DNA from: a virus
IMG/VR virus record: IMGVR_UViG_3300045988_170590
Length of the DNA: 61,602 nucleotides
Reading direction: 5' to 3' (one strand)
Shown here: in pieces, positions 8,723 through 17,351 of the stretch
Layout: each line of letters begins with the position of its first letter
Numbering within the stretch: the stretch's first letter is position 1
The notes under the pieces: generated by a model
What the model was told of the DNA's origin: nothing
What the model saw: the letters and a program-made list of their open reading frames with translations, nothing else
The model's database searches: none
Translations under genes and position numbers: made by a program

Positions 8723-9273
8723 ACCTGATCTCCCCAACAATCCCAACCTTCTCTGTAATTTCTTGCATACATTTCAAGTTTGTTTGTGCCGGGATATAAC
8801 CTCTCGATGATTTCGTATGCGATTTTCGGTTTTTGACTGTGCCTCTGTACTTTCTCGGTAAATACGCTATGTATCTTGCCACGTTCTTCTGTTGCGACAG
8901 GACGAAGTTTCCCTTTGTACATATAGAGTAAATATTCGTGTCCATAGCGTATAGTAAACTCCGCGGGGATTCCCGTAACTTTATTCCAAATCATACGAGC
9001 ATGGAGTTTATATCCTAACTCTTCGGCGATTTTCTGTGCCTCGAATAAATATTTGTCTATCGTCCATAAAAACAATATACAATCATTACCGCATAAATCC
9101 GTCGCACGACGGAGATGCTCTTTTATCTCTTCGAGGGTTATGGTTTTATAATCCAACGGTTTACCGCTGCTGTTTGCCCTGACGGATTTTTTACCGCCTT
9201 TACTTTGTTGCCACGGCGGATCTGCATAAATAATATCGTACTTCCTTTCCGTTGCAAAAATATCGATTTTCAT
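8719..9273 (-). CDS. MT-A70 family N6-adenine DNA methyltransferase
   Basis: IIYADPPWQ (DPPW) motif. The start MKIDIF at 9273 is in an ATGA overlap with the stop of the zinc-ribbon ORF. Confidence 0.8.
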   Translation of the reverse strand: MKIDIFATERKYDIIYADPPWQQSKGGKKSVRANSSGKPLDYKTITLEEIKEHLRRATDLCGNDCILFLWTIDKYLFEAQKIAEELGYKLHARMIWNKVTGIPAEFTIRYGHEYLLYMYKGKLRPVATEERGKIHSVFTEKVQRHSQKPKIAYEIIERLYPGTNKLEMYARNYREGWDCWGDQV

Positions 9274-9476
9274 TTCGCACCTTTCCATTCGACTTTCGTA
9301 ATACCGCCGCAACGCTCGCATTTGATTTCGACAGGCTGCCCCGCGCCGATATGTATTTCTCTGCCATGACGTTTAATAACAACTGTCTCCCCGACAAATT
9401 TACCTATGTAGTTTCCGCACTTTTGTTTGGCAGCGTTTAAGTGTTCGCAACGAATTATTTTTCTTTTAGTCATCAC
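9270..9476 (-). CDS. Zinc-ribbon protein (possibly Com-like), translationally coupled to the MT-A70 gene
   Basis: IRCEH...KCGN...IKCERCGG, 68 aa. Its stop overlaps the methyltransferase ATG. Confidence 0.5.
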   Translation of the reverse strand: MMTKRKIIRCEHLNAAKQKCGNYIGKFVGETVVIKRHGREIHIGAGQPVEIKCERCGGITKVEWKGAK

Positions 9477-9672
9477 TCAACTCTCCTATTTCTAACCGCT
9501 TGCCTAAAACCATAAGCACAAAATCCGCATTTTCGATTGACGGGGTATAGCCGTTGTTTATCCACCCCATAATTGTCGTGCGACTTACGCCGCTTTTTTC
9601 TGAAATCGATTTTATAGACATTCCGCTTTTTTCGATTTCGTCCAATAAACTTTCGGTTATTCCCTTTGTCAT
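9466..9672 (-). CDS. Small helix-turn-helix protein
   Basis: SIKSISEKSGVSRTTIMGWINNG is an HTH-like segment. Confidence 0.55.
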   Translation of the reverse strand: MTKGITESLLDEIEKSGMSIKSISEKSGVSRTTIMGWINNGYTPSIENADFVLMVLGKRLEIGELSDD

Positions 9673-10079
9673 ACTTCCTTTACCCTTATACCGTACTTGT
9701 AAAGCATAAGTTTACGTTTGATAACAAACTTAGCATATTCTGCGCTTGCAGGGTCGCGATACCCCTTGCTGTCTTCGACAACCAACTGCCCCGTTTTATT
9801 GTCTATATAAGCGAAATCGGCTATGTATCGGACGGCTCGTTCAATAACCTTGCCTTTTATTACCCCGCCTCGCTTGCCGGTTGTATCGGGTTCGCGTTGA
9901 GCGGGTATCAATTCAAATTCTTTCTGTAATTCAAGGTTACTGATGAGTTTCACTCGTTCCATTAGTTTAAGTTCGGAATACCGGGTCGCCTCTCTCTTAC
10001 TATCGAACTCTATGCCGTCAACCACAACTTTTGTGTTTCCGAGTTTATTTCGCTGTCCGTAACAATTTCTGTATCGCAT
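9669..10079 (-). CDS. DUF1064-family protein
   Basis: NTKVVVDGIEFDSKREATRYSELKLMERVKLISNLELQKEFEL matches the DUF1064 pattern as I remember it. Confidence 0.6.
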   Translation of the reverse strand: MRYRNCYGQRNKLGNTKVVVDGIEFDSKREATRYSELKLMERVKLISNLELQKEFELIPAQREPDTTGKRGGVIKGKVIERAVRYIADFAYIDNKTGQLVVEDSKGYRDPASAEYAKFVIKRKLMLYKYGIRVKEV

Positions 10080-10082
10080 AAA

Positions 10083-10601
10083 TTATTCTCCCTTTTCCTC
10101 GTCTTCCCAAAAATCATCGTTACCACCGGCATTCACAGAATTGATAGCGTTAATGTTTTTGTTTACATTTTCAACGTTTTCATTGATATTCGCTTGCGGC
10201 ACAGACACTTTCCCGCTAAAAAACAATTTTATCGGCAGTAGCCAATCAAGCCGCACTTCCCGAAATTTCCTCGGATTGCCCTGATTATCGATAATTTCGC
10301 CCTCGTGTACATAACCACCGAATTGCACTATATCTTTTCGCCTTAATGTCAACGCAAGATTATAAATCTCTTTTGAACGTTCCGTGCCATAAACGGCACA
10401 TGGGATATTTTGATAAATAGGCTCGCGTTTCTCGTTGAGAGCAGATCCTACCGTTACCGAAAAATGAATGCGCGGCGTGGTGCTGGTCTTTGTCGGCACA
10501 ATAGTTTTCTGTATGGGAGTTTGCCCCTCTCTGCAAAGAACGTACCCCACGCCGAATACCATCCATTTTTTAACCTTTTCAGAATATTGTTGAATAAACA
10601 T
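10083..10601 (-). CDS. Hypothetical protein with an acidic C-terminal tail
   Basis: 172-aa co-oriented ORF ending DDFWEDEEKGE. It could be an OB-fold/SSB-like protein, but this is unverified. Confidence 0.55.
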   Translation of the reverse strand: MFIQQYSEKVKKWMVFGVGYVLCREGQTPIQKTIVPTKTSTTPRIHFSVTVGSALNEKREPIYQNIPCAVYGTERSKEIYNLALTLRRKDIVQFGGYVHEGEIIDNQGNPRKFREVRLDWLLPIKLFFSGKVSVPQANINENVENVNKNINAINSVNAGGNDDFWEDEEKGE

Positions 10602-10623
10602 TATTCTTCCCTTTTGCTTTTAT

Positions 10624-11625
10624 TTAACCGAGTTCGACTTGGGCAACCTCTTCCGCCACAGGCTCGGATTTTTTACGACCACGCTTAGGCTTTTCTTCTA
10701 CGGGCGGTTGCTCTTCTTCCTGAGGTTCGTCACCGAAAAAGTCGTTTTCTGCCTGCTGTTGTCCTATCTGCTTTTGCTCGGGCGTTTCAGACCCCATAGG
10801 CATTCCGTCGAATGCGGAAGAAATATCTGCGTCGGTCTTTTCGTCTCCCTCGACGATATTGCGCATCTCGATTGACTTCGGCGCGTTCTTTAACGCTCTG
10901 CGCAACACGAGGTTTTTACACATTTCTTCGGTGTGTGCTATCCACGGTTGAGTCGCCGCCTGCTCTTCTTTCCAGTCGAGTTTTTCGCCGTTCTTGACTT
11001 TATCGTAAAGTTTACGATCGAAAGACTTGCTGTACCTTTCAGCCCACTTTAAGCACTGCTCGACGGTGAAATACACCGAATGATAAAAGCCGTTCGTTAA
11101 AAGGAAATAGCCGAGATACCCTATGACGGGCAAATTCTCACGCATATCCTCGTCTTCGTAAAACTTGATAACGGGCTTTCCTGTTTCGGGGTTTCTTCCG
11201 CGATATTCGCCTTGCCTGACGTCAACTGCGTCAAGGTCTTTGTACTGCCCTGTTCTCATAGCGAGTTGTATGCGCCCGGCACTTCCTAATTGGAATTGAC
11301 AAATCGGAATCTTTTCCCACTCGCCCGTTTCCGAATTTCTTACACTCTTCTTGTAAGGTACGAGGTAATACTCTCCAAGCGACGGCGACGGACTTAATTC
11401 GAGTGCTTCGCCTTGAAGTGCGGACGTTATTATCGACGCAGGCGTACAACTGTTTAACAACGGATTTGCGACAACTGCCGACGTTACGGCGGCTACGAAT
11501 CTGTTTGCCCTTTTCGGGTCGCGCAAGGTTGTATTGATTAAATTTTGAAATTTTTCGGTTTGCAACGCTTGCGTGAATTTTACTTTACTTTCGGTTTTTG
11601 GTACTATCGAATTGTTTACTGCCAT
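10624..11625 (-). CDS. recT: RecT-family single-strand annealing recombinase
   Basis: ANRFVAAVTSAVVANPLLNSCTPASIITSALQGEALELSPSPSLGEYYLVPY is RecT-like. The ATG at 11625 (MAVNNS) has an AAGGAG SD. Confidence 0.8.
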   Translation of the reverse strand: MAVNNSIVPKTESKVKFTQALQTEKFQNLINTTLRDPKRANRFVAAVTSAVVANPLLNSCTPASIITSALQGEALELSPSPSLGEYYLVPYKKSVRNSETGEWEKIPICQFQLGSAGRIQLAMRTGQYKDLDAVDVRQGEYRGRNPETGKPVIKFYEDEDMRENLPVIGYLGYFLLTNGFYHSVYFTVEQCLKWAERYSKSFDRKLYDKVKNGEKLDWKEEQAATQPWIAHTEEMCKNLVLRRALKNAPKSIEMRNIVEGDEKTDADISSAFDGMPMGSETPEQKQIGQQQAENDFFGDEPQEEEQPPVEEKPKRGRKKSEPVAEEVAQVELG

Positions 11626-11630
11626 AATGT

Positions 11631-12551
11631 TTATTCTCCTTTCGGCACTCTGCCGTATTTGATTCCGTTTGTTTTCATATAGTCGCCGAGAGCCTTTAAT
11701 TTTGTTTTCGTGCATACGACGCGGAAATCAATCGTGATAAGTTCTTCGTCTGCATCCGTAACTTCGGCTTGTTTAGGTTGTGCCTGCGGTTGTTCAATCA
11801 CCGGCGTTTCTATGCTCTGTTTAACCGCCGCCTGCTGTTGTTCCGCTTTCTTACGTTCGAGTTCTTCTTTCTGCGCTTTTAATTCTCGGTTCGCCGATAA
11901 TATCTCGGTAAGGCTCGCACCGTTTTTGTACTTTACCAAAAGCACAGGTTCAAATTCGCTGTTCAGGTCGGATATTGACACGAGTTCATCGCATACCGTT
12001 TTAATTTTACCGTCGATTTCTTTGAATATCGTGTCGTACTTCTTGCCTTTGTTAAGCCAAGTTTTATCGAAAATCTGTTCCCAACAGCGATAATCTTTGA
12101 TTTTTGCGTAATCGTCGTGATTCTCGAAGTATCTTTTGAAATCGTTTTCTTTTTCGGCTTTAACCTTTTCTTCGGCGGCAGTTATCTGCGACCAAAGATT
12201 ATCTTTCGCCTCTGTAAGTACCGCCGTTACTTCTTTGAGTTTCTTTTCAAACAACTCGTAGGGCTTGTTATACTCTTTCTTAACTTCCTTTCTACGGCTT
12301 TCAATACTCGCGACAACCTTGTTGATTTCGGCACAACGCTTTCTTCCATTGTCGAAATCTTCGTCTGTTTTTAGTATGAGATTTCTGTCCGCCTCGGTTT
12401 GAGCGATAGCCCACTGTTTTACTTGCTCGCAGTTAGATAAAATTTCAGGCAACTTTTCAACGAAATCGTTTTGTACCTTAAATTCTATGGTCTGCGGCGT
12501 GTTAGTTTCTTCAAGCGTTTCTAACGCTTTGTCAATGCTGTATTCTTCCAT
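11631..12551 (-). CDS. DUF1351-like protein (commonly found next to RecT)
   Basis: 306-aa coiled-coil-rich ORF directly upstream of recT. Confidence 0.5.
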   Translation of the reverse strand: MEEYSIDKALETLEETNTPQTIEFKVQNDFVEKLPEILSNCEQVKQWAIAQTEADRNLILKTDEDFDNGRKRCAEINKVVASIESRRKEVKKEYNKPYELFEKKLKEVTAVLTEAKDNLWSQITAAEEKVKAEKENDFKRYFENHDDYAKIKDYRCWEQIFDKTWLNKGKKYDTIFKEIDGKIKTVCDELVSISDLNSEFEPVLLVKYKNGASLTEILSANRELKAQKEELERKKAEQQQAAVKQSIETPVIEQPQAQPKQAEVTDADEELITIDFRVVCTKTKLKALGDYMKTNGIKYGRVPKGE

Positions 12552-12600
12552 CTTAACTCCCTTTGCCTCGCTTTATCGCGAGACGTTTTAGATTATGTGA

Positions 12601-13257
12601 TTATATTGCAAAGCAGGGGGACACGCCGAAAGTGCTGTTCGCGTTAAGGTTAACGTAACCACCGTCACTGTCCACAAGGCAGAAACCGTCACTGTTCCCG
12701 GAATAGGGAGAGCGCAACCACCACCGACGACCGTAGCCGCCGTCCGTGTACCCTTTTACTCTGTTCTTCCAATCTTTGAACAAAGCATACTGTTCCCCTT
12801 CGCCTTCCTTTGAGTATTTCGGTGTGCCGAAGATTTCGACTTCGCTCGGCAGGAAAACTTTATCTGTTACAGATTCAACCTTTCCTTTGCCGCTTGTTGC
12901 GGTGTATTTCACTACGGGAACAATCTCTGCGGCAAGGTCGTCGGGGAGCAGGCAAAAGAAATCTCCGTTTAGATAGGCACGCATCTCGGACTTCTCCCAA
13001 CCGCCTTTGTTGGTGCATTCGGTGTTCATAACCCTGCCGCCGTCATCATCCGTGCCGAAAAGGTCGCGGAAGCCGAATGTAACACTCGCCTTGCCGCCGC
13101 CCGGCAGATAATCATGTTCAATGCCTAACACTTCAAGTACAGTAACAAAGCCATTTTTAAGAACGATTGTTTTAGTCATTCCCGCATAGACTTTGCCTTC
13201 TTTTGCAAGTTTTCTAATATCCTTAAAAGAATAATTTTCAAGAAAATTGTTTTCCAT
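12601..13257 (-). CDS. Stand-alone copy of the WWLRSP...PCFAI C-terminal domain (paralog of the 56527-58587 C-terminus)
   Basis: The C-terminus RRWWLRSPYSGNSDGFCLVDSDGGYVNLNANSTFGVSPCFAI is alignable over about 200 aa with the C-terminus of the LRR protein. Confidence 0.65.
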   Translation of the reverse strand: MENNFLENYSFKDIRKLAKEGKVYAGMTKTIVLKNGFVTVLEVLGIEHDYLPGGGKASVTFGFRDLFGTDDDGGRVMNTECTNKGGWEKSEMRAYLNGDFFCLLPDDLAAEIVPVVKYTATSGKGKVESVTDKVFLPSEVEIFGTPKYSKEGEGEQYALFKDWKNRVKGYTDGGYGRRWWLRSPYSGNSDGFCLVDSDGGYVNLNANSTFGVSPCFAI

Positions 13258-13326
13258 TTTTAACCCTCTCCTGTTAAATTTTTTGTTAATTCTTTAATTT
13301 TGCTTTCATAGTCTACGTTAAACATT

Positions 13327-13818
13327 TTAATATTTCCAAATAAAGCCATAAACGGATTTTGTTTTTCCTTTTGCACATTTGACAATATTAGTTGGAAGTC
13401 CGCATACGCTTTCGCTTGCTTCTCTAATAGAATTAAACTCTCTTAAAAACACGCCGTTTTTATCATATTGCTTTATTTTTACATATCGTGATTTTGCAAA
13501 TTCCTTATGCATTTTATTTACACACTCTGGACTACAAATACAATTTCTTCCTCTGTGCTTTGCAGGTGGCGTAAACTCTTTTCCACATATTTTGCAAATT
13601 TTCGTTTTACAATGAATTGTGTTATGTAAAGCATTATGCTCCTGCGGTGTCATAACAATAAGATTTTCAATTCGATTATCGAACTTATTCCCATTGATAT
13701 GGTGGACATATTCGTTTCTTTTTAACTTTCGACCTAAATACTGTTCGACCACTATTCTATGTTCTAACCGTGATTTTCCCGTCGTCTTGTCTATCGTTGC
13801 CTTGTATGGATTCCGCAT
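13327..13818 (-). CDS. Free-standing HNH homing-endonuclease-like protein
   Basis: EHRIVVEQYLG...YVHHINGNKFDNRIENLIVMTPQEHNALH (HNH motif). The C-terminal IKQYDKNGVFLREFNSIREASE...VYGFIWKY is NUMOD/IENR-like. Confidence 0.8.
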   Translation of the reverse strand: MRNPYKATIDKTTGKSRLEHRIVVEQYLGRKLKRNEYVHHINGNKFDNRIENLIVMTPQEHNALHNTIHCKTKICKICGKEFTPPAKHRGRNCICSPECVNKMHKEFAKSRYVKIKQYDKNGVFLREFNSIREASESVCGLPTNIVKCAKGKTKSVYGFIWKY

Positions 13819-14272
13819 TTGTCAATTCCTCTGCTAATTTTTTTATTTTATCTTCATACCGTACATTAAATAGTTGCCCAAAGATTGCCATTAAACAACT
13901 TGTAACAATACTGTCGCCAAAGCAGTGCATCATCGCCGACCGACTTAAATTCTTGCCGATTTTGGCTATGTCGTCGTCTTTAACGCCCATAAGCCTGCCA
14001 CATTCGCGCTCCGTAAGTTTTCGTATTCGATAAGGAGTAATATCTTTATTTGCGATATTATAGTTTTGCGGTAACTCGTCGCTCATATAACTGCAACTGT
14101 CGGCTCGCACACAACCTTCGCGGGTTGTAATTGCAGGTGCAATCTCTTTGTTAATCGTTAAAGCATTGTCGTTGACTATATACCTATCATCGTAAGAATT
14201 TATGTATTTCTTCATCTGGTCAGAAAGTGTGTACTCTTCCATAATTTTAGGTTCTGTATTACCCCCCCACAC
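13757..14272 (-). CDS. C5-cytosine DNA methyltransferase, C-terminal part (motifs IX-X)
   Basis: RIRKLTERECGRLMGVKD (motif IX) and FGDSIV (motif X). No convincing SD or ATG at its 5' end. Confidence 0.7.
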   Translation of the reverse strand: MWGGNTEPKIMEEYTLSDQMKKYINSYDDRYIVNDNALTINKEIAPAITTREGCVRADSCSYMSDELPQNYNIANKDITPYRIRKLTERECGRLMGVKDDDIAKIGKNLSRSAMMHCFGDSIVTSCLMAIFGQLFNVRYEDKIKKLAEELTNAESIQGNDRQDDGKITVRT

Positions 14273-14542
14273 GTCGTTATAGTCGGTGCGACCGCATTAA
14301 CGTCATAAACTCGTCTTGTAAGGTCAAGCGTATGCTCGAATTTACCGCCGAGCCGTCCGATGACATTACAACCTTGTATTTCATTCTCCACAATTCACCT
14401 CCACAATTCACCTCTACAATCACGTTATTTTATTCAAATGCACTCGTTGTTATTGCCGGGCAATCGGCTTTCTTACCGCCTTTATTAAAGCCGTGAGAAC
14501 GTTGAATAATGTAATTATCGCAAGGGCGACTACCGTTTCTTG
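14273..14542 (-). other. 270-bp intervening sequence splitting the C5-methyltransferase gene
   Basis: No long ORF. Several hairpins on the - strand: GGCUUU/AAAGCC, AUUGC/GCAAU, GCUCG/CGAGC and GUCAU/AUGAC. Confidence 0.6.
14388..14423. repeat. Tandem 13-mer CCACAATTCACCT x2 plus a degenerate third unit
   Basis: 14388-14400 is identical to 14401-14413, followed by CTACAATCAC. Confidence 0.85.
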
Positions 14543-15484
14543 TTAATACAGAGTTAGCAACGTTCCCCCGTCAGTAGGTTCAAACCTGAAACCGTTTCCC
14601 TTTTTTTCGTTGAGAATATTTCGTTTGAAATAACTTTCAATGATTTTTTCACTTATGTAGTAGCGTTCGGGAACGTTCTTTTCGAGTACGTCTTTTAGTT
14701 TTAACTTGTTGCCGATTACCTTCGGAAACTCGTAATAGTGATTGCCGAGTACGCTTACCATAAAGCAACGCTCGCGGTTTTGCGGAATTGAAAAGTCGGT
14801 CGCGTTTATTACCTGCCACTTCGAGTGATAACCGAGTTTATCCAAAAACGCTATCCATTCGGCAAACGCTTTAATGTTCTTTTGCCCGATTACCTGCTTT
14901 ACGTTTTCCATTAAAAGAATCTGCGGAAGTTCTTTCGTCTCTTTCAAAAGCCTTTCGACTTCCCAAAGCATACCGCTCCGAGTTCCGCTCCCGCGCTCCA
15001 TGCCCTTACCCAACCCTGCTGCGGATAAGTCCTGACAAGGGAAACTGTAAGTAAGTAAGTAACAATATTTGTTCGTTTCTTTAATTCCCAAGTCTTCGCC
15101 TTTTGCATTGCATATTGAAACGAGATTGTGGCAAGCGCGGATATTGTTGTAAATCGTCCGCAATTTGCTTTCGCCATATCTTTGCAGTTGCGCTTTCGTA
15201 AGCGGTACGTTGTAATCGGCACTTACGCCAGCCGTATATAAAGTTTCTACGAGTTCGGTTTTACTCATTCCGACCGAATAATCGGTGTCGTCGTCCTCGA
15301 AGTGCAGGTCTTTTAACGCCTGTATCGACGGAATCGCCCATTCGCAAGTTCTGTAATGCTCGAAAGGCACGCCGAGATATTTAAGAGCCAACGCCTGACT
15401 GTCGTACCCCGAAAAAAGGGTTATCAATCTTAACGGTTTATTGACCTTGAAGGGCTTATCGCCGTCAAACATACTTATCTGCAT
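14543..15484 (-). CDS. C5-cytosine DNA methyltransferase, N-terminal part (motifs I-VIII)
   Basis: LFSGYDSQ (I), SFPCQDLSAAG (IV), LLMENV (VI) and QNRERCFMVS (VIII). It ends with a stop inside the expected target-recognition region. Confidence 0.8.
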   Translation of the reverse strand: MQISMFDGDKPFKVNKPLRLITLFSGYDSQALALKYLGVPFEHYRTCEWAIPSIQALKDLHFEDDDTDYSVGMSKTELVETLYTAGVSADYNVPLTKAQLQRYGESKLRTIYNNIRACHNLVSICNAKGEDLGIKETNKYCYLLTYSFPCQDLSAAGLGKGMERGSGTRSGMLWEVERLLKETKELPQILLMENVKQVIGQKNIKAFAEWIAFLDKLGYHSKWQVINATDFSIPQNRERCFMVSVLGNHYYEFPKVIGNKLKLKDVLEKNVPERYYISEKIIESYFKRNILNEKKGNGFRFEPTDGGTLLTLY

Positions 15485-15494
15485 TTTTAATCCC

Positions 15495-16136
15495 TCAAAG
15501 TGTCAACGTCTGCGGCGGTCGCTTGTCCGTCTCGACATACTTCCAAAATTCAACTGCTTTTTGCGTTATGTATTCGATTTCGCTTTCGACTTCTTTGCGT
15601 TCGATCGTGTAATGACGAATTTCGGATTTTCCGTCCGGGAATATCAACTGCGCCGTCAGAACGACAAAATCGAACCCCGTTACGTTGAGTTGCTCGCATA
15701 CCTGAATAAAGTAGTGTTGCGGAATCAAGTTGTTATCCCACCGTTCCAAATCGGCTTTACTCATTATCCACGCCGTTTTACATTCCCATATGCCGTGAGC
15801 GTTATCTTCAAGCCTTGTAAGTTCGCCGTCAAGCGTTGCCGTCAGAAACGAATGCTGTTCGTGGTGGTAAACTCTGAAGGCGTGATACTCGACCGAATAA
15901 TCATTCTTATGTTGGAGTTCAAACAACGCCCTGATATGCTCTTCGGCTTGTATACCGTACTGCACTCTTTCGTTGGTCGAAAGGTCTTTCGGTTCTCGCT
16001 TACCTACCTTTTCTTCCCACACGACTATCGGCGAATTAAAACCCATTCCGATTGCGCTTGCAACTTCGCTCGCGCCGAGCGTTTTCCGTCTTGCGTTAAG
16101 CCATTCTTCTCTGTTTTTCCATTCGATATATCCCAT
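15495..16136 (-). CDS. YqaJ / lambda-exonuclease-like recombination exonuclease
   Basis: EWLNARRKTLGASEVASAIG is a YqaJ-type N-terminus. The gene lies in a recombination and replication context. Confidence 0.7.
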   Translation of the reverse strand: MGYIEWKNREEWLNARRKTLGASEVASAIGMGFNSPIVVWEEKVGKREPKDLSTNERVQYGIQAEEHIRALFELQHKNDYSVEYHAFRVYHHEQHSFLTATLDGELTRLEDNAHGIWECKTAWIMSKADLERWDNNLIPQHYFIQVCEQLNVTGFDFVVLTAQLIFPDGKSEIRHYTIERKEVESEIEYITQKAVEFWKYVETDKRPPQTLTL

Positions 16137-16143
16137 AAAACTT

Positions 16144-16578
16144 TTACCCGATAAATAATTGCGCGTTTTTCGGCTCGTCCAATGCCTTTAAGAATGCGTT
16201 TATCGATTTTTCCAACGGCGCGTATGATATTCCGTTCTTTTGCTCGAAAGCAAGATTCGGGAGTATTCCGTAAAGCATTTCTTCGACCCGCGAAAGTACC
16301 TCGAAAAAAGTTCGTTCGTTGTCAGGCACATCCGCCGAAGTTCTCGCTATCCGAAACCCCTTGTAACCGTTATGTGAGATTACCGGGAATTTCTTTTTCA
16401 GCGCAGAAACGTAAGCCCTTGCCTCTCTTTCTCCCGAAAGTCCTACGACCTCGGCAATCTCTTCTTTCTGTATGCCTTTACCCGGCGTTCCCGTTTGCAG
16501 CAATCTCGCCGCCTTTATGAGCCTTTGTCGAGTCGTCTCGTCATACTCTTTATTCAGCATTTGTTTTGCCGTCAACAT
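16144..16578 (-). CDS. Hypothetical protein (possibly winged-helix)
   Basis: Co-oriented ORF. The start MLTAKQML at 16578 has an SD-like AAGGGGA and avoids overlap with the upstream gene. Confidence 0.55.
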   Translation of the reverse strand: MLTAKQMLNKEYDETTRQRLIKAARLLQTGTPGKGIQKEEIAEVVGLSGEREARAYVSALKKKFPVISHNGYKGFRIARTSADVPDNERTFFEVLSRVEEMLYGILPNLAFEQKNGISYAPLEKSINAFLKALDEPKNAQLFIG

Positions 16579-16594
16579 TTTCCTGTTCCCCTTA

Positions 16595-17338
16595 TCAGTT
16601 TCGTTTAATGTCGAAATATCCGCCGTTAATTGCCGCCTGCAACGTCTTAACTTTTTCGTCGTCATCAAGCCGTTGTTTGTCCATTTCAAAGAGAATGCCT
16701 GAAAGTTTATCGTTAGTAAGAGTTCGTCCGTTAAGTTGACAGTGTTTGATAAAGTTCCATACCATTGGTCTTACGCTCGCCGAAACCTCGAAATCGTTCA
16801 TAATGCTCTCGTAGGTTTCCTCTTCACGCGCATGATTGATATATATATTATTTATATCTTCTTTCATACTTTCTTCTTTATACTTAACTAAACTATCCTG
16901 TGGTGCCAGACGGTTGCCATTTGGTTGCCAGACGGTTGCCACCTCGTTTTTAAGTGATTTTTCGTCGCTTTCAATAAGGCTTTTACCCTGTTCCGAATCT
17001 AACGTATAGGTATTGTTATCTTTAAGAAAAAGTTTCTTTTTTTCGTCTTTATATTCGGTTTCTTTATAGCGGTCTTTTCTTAAAAGATTATGCATCCGCC
17101 AATGCTTAACTACGATAACCCCGCTTTCAAAAGCAATTAAAAACCGTTTTGCAAGCAATAATCTCATATCGTCTTCTGTATTGCCGAGCATTTTTATAAG
17201 CCTTTTAGGATTATTTACAAACCCGTCATCGTCGGCGTTCATACATAAGTGAAAATAAAGGCATTGAGAAGATAACGGCAATTCAAGAAAGGCATCACTT
17301 TCAGTTATCTTTTGAGTAAACATTCTTCGTTCTGCCAT
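16595..17338 (-). CDS. Replisome organizer / DnaD-like replication protein
   Basis: MAERRMFTQKITESDAFLELPLSSQCLYFHLCMNADDDGF is an organizer-type N-terminus. The C-terminus is DnaD-like and there are internal iteron-like repeats. Confidence 0.65.
   Translation of the reverse strand: MAERRMFTQKITESDAFLELPLSSQCLYFHLCMNADDDGFVNNPKRLIKMLGNTEDDMRLLLAKRFLIAFESGVIVVKHWRMHNLLRKDRYKETEYKDEKKKLFLKDNNTYTLDSEQGKSLIESDEKSLKNEVATVWQPNGNRLAPQDSLVKYKEESMKEDINNIYINHAREEETYESIMNDFEVSASVRPMVWNFIKHCQLNGRTLTNDKLSGILFEMDKQRLDDDEKVKTLQAAINGGYFDIKRN
16902..16941. repeat. Four GGT(T)GCCA repeats at 10-11 bp spacing (iteron-like), next to an AT-rich tract at 16836-16895
   Basis: GGTGCCA at 16902 and GGTTGCCA at 16912, 16923 and 16934. 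Confidence 0.8.
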
Positions 17339-17351
17339 TGTTTTCCCCCCG

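Noticed and set aside
12601-12750. Possible diversity-generating retroelement (TR/VR pair), because the 3' ends of 12601-13257 and 56527-58587 are similar at the nucleotide level
   Set aside because: The differences between the two copies involve all four bases rather than being confined to adenines of one copy. No reverse transcriptase (YxDD) ORF exists in the genome. The pattern fits ordinary paralog divergence.
14388-14423. CRISPR-like or minisatellite array
   Set aside because: There are only 2.8 contiguous 13-bp units with no spacers. No other repeat-spacer structure was seen in the window.
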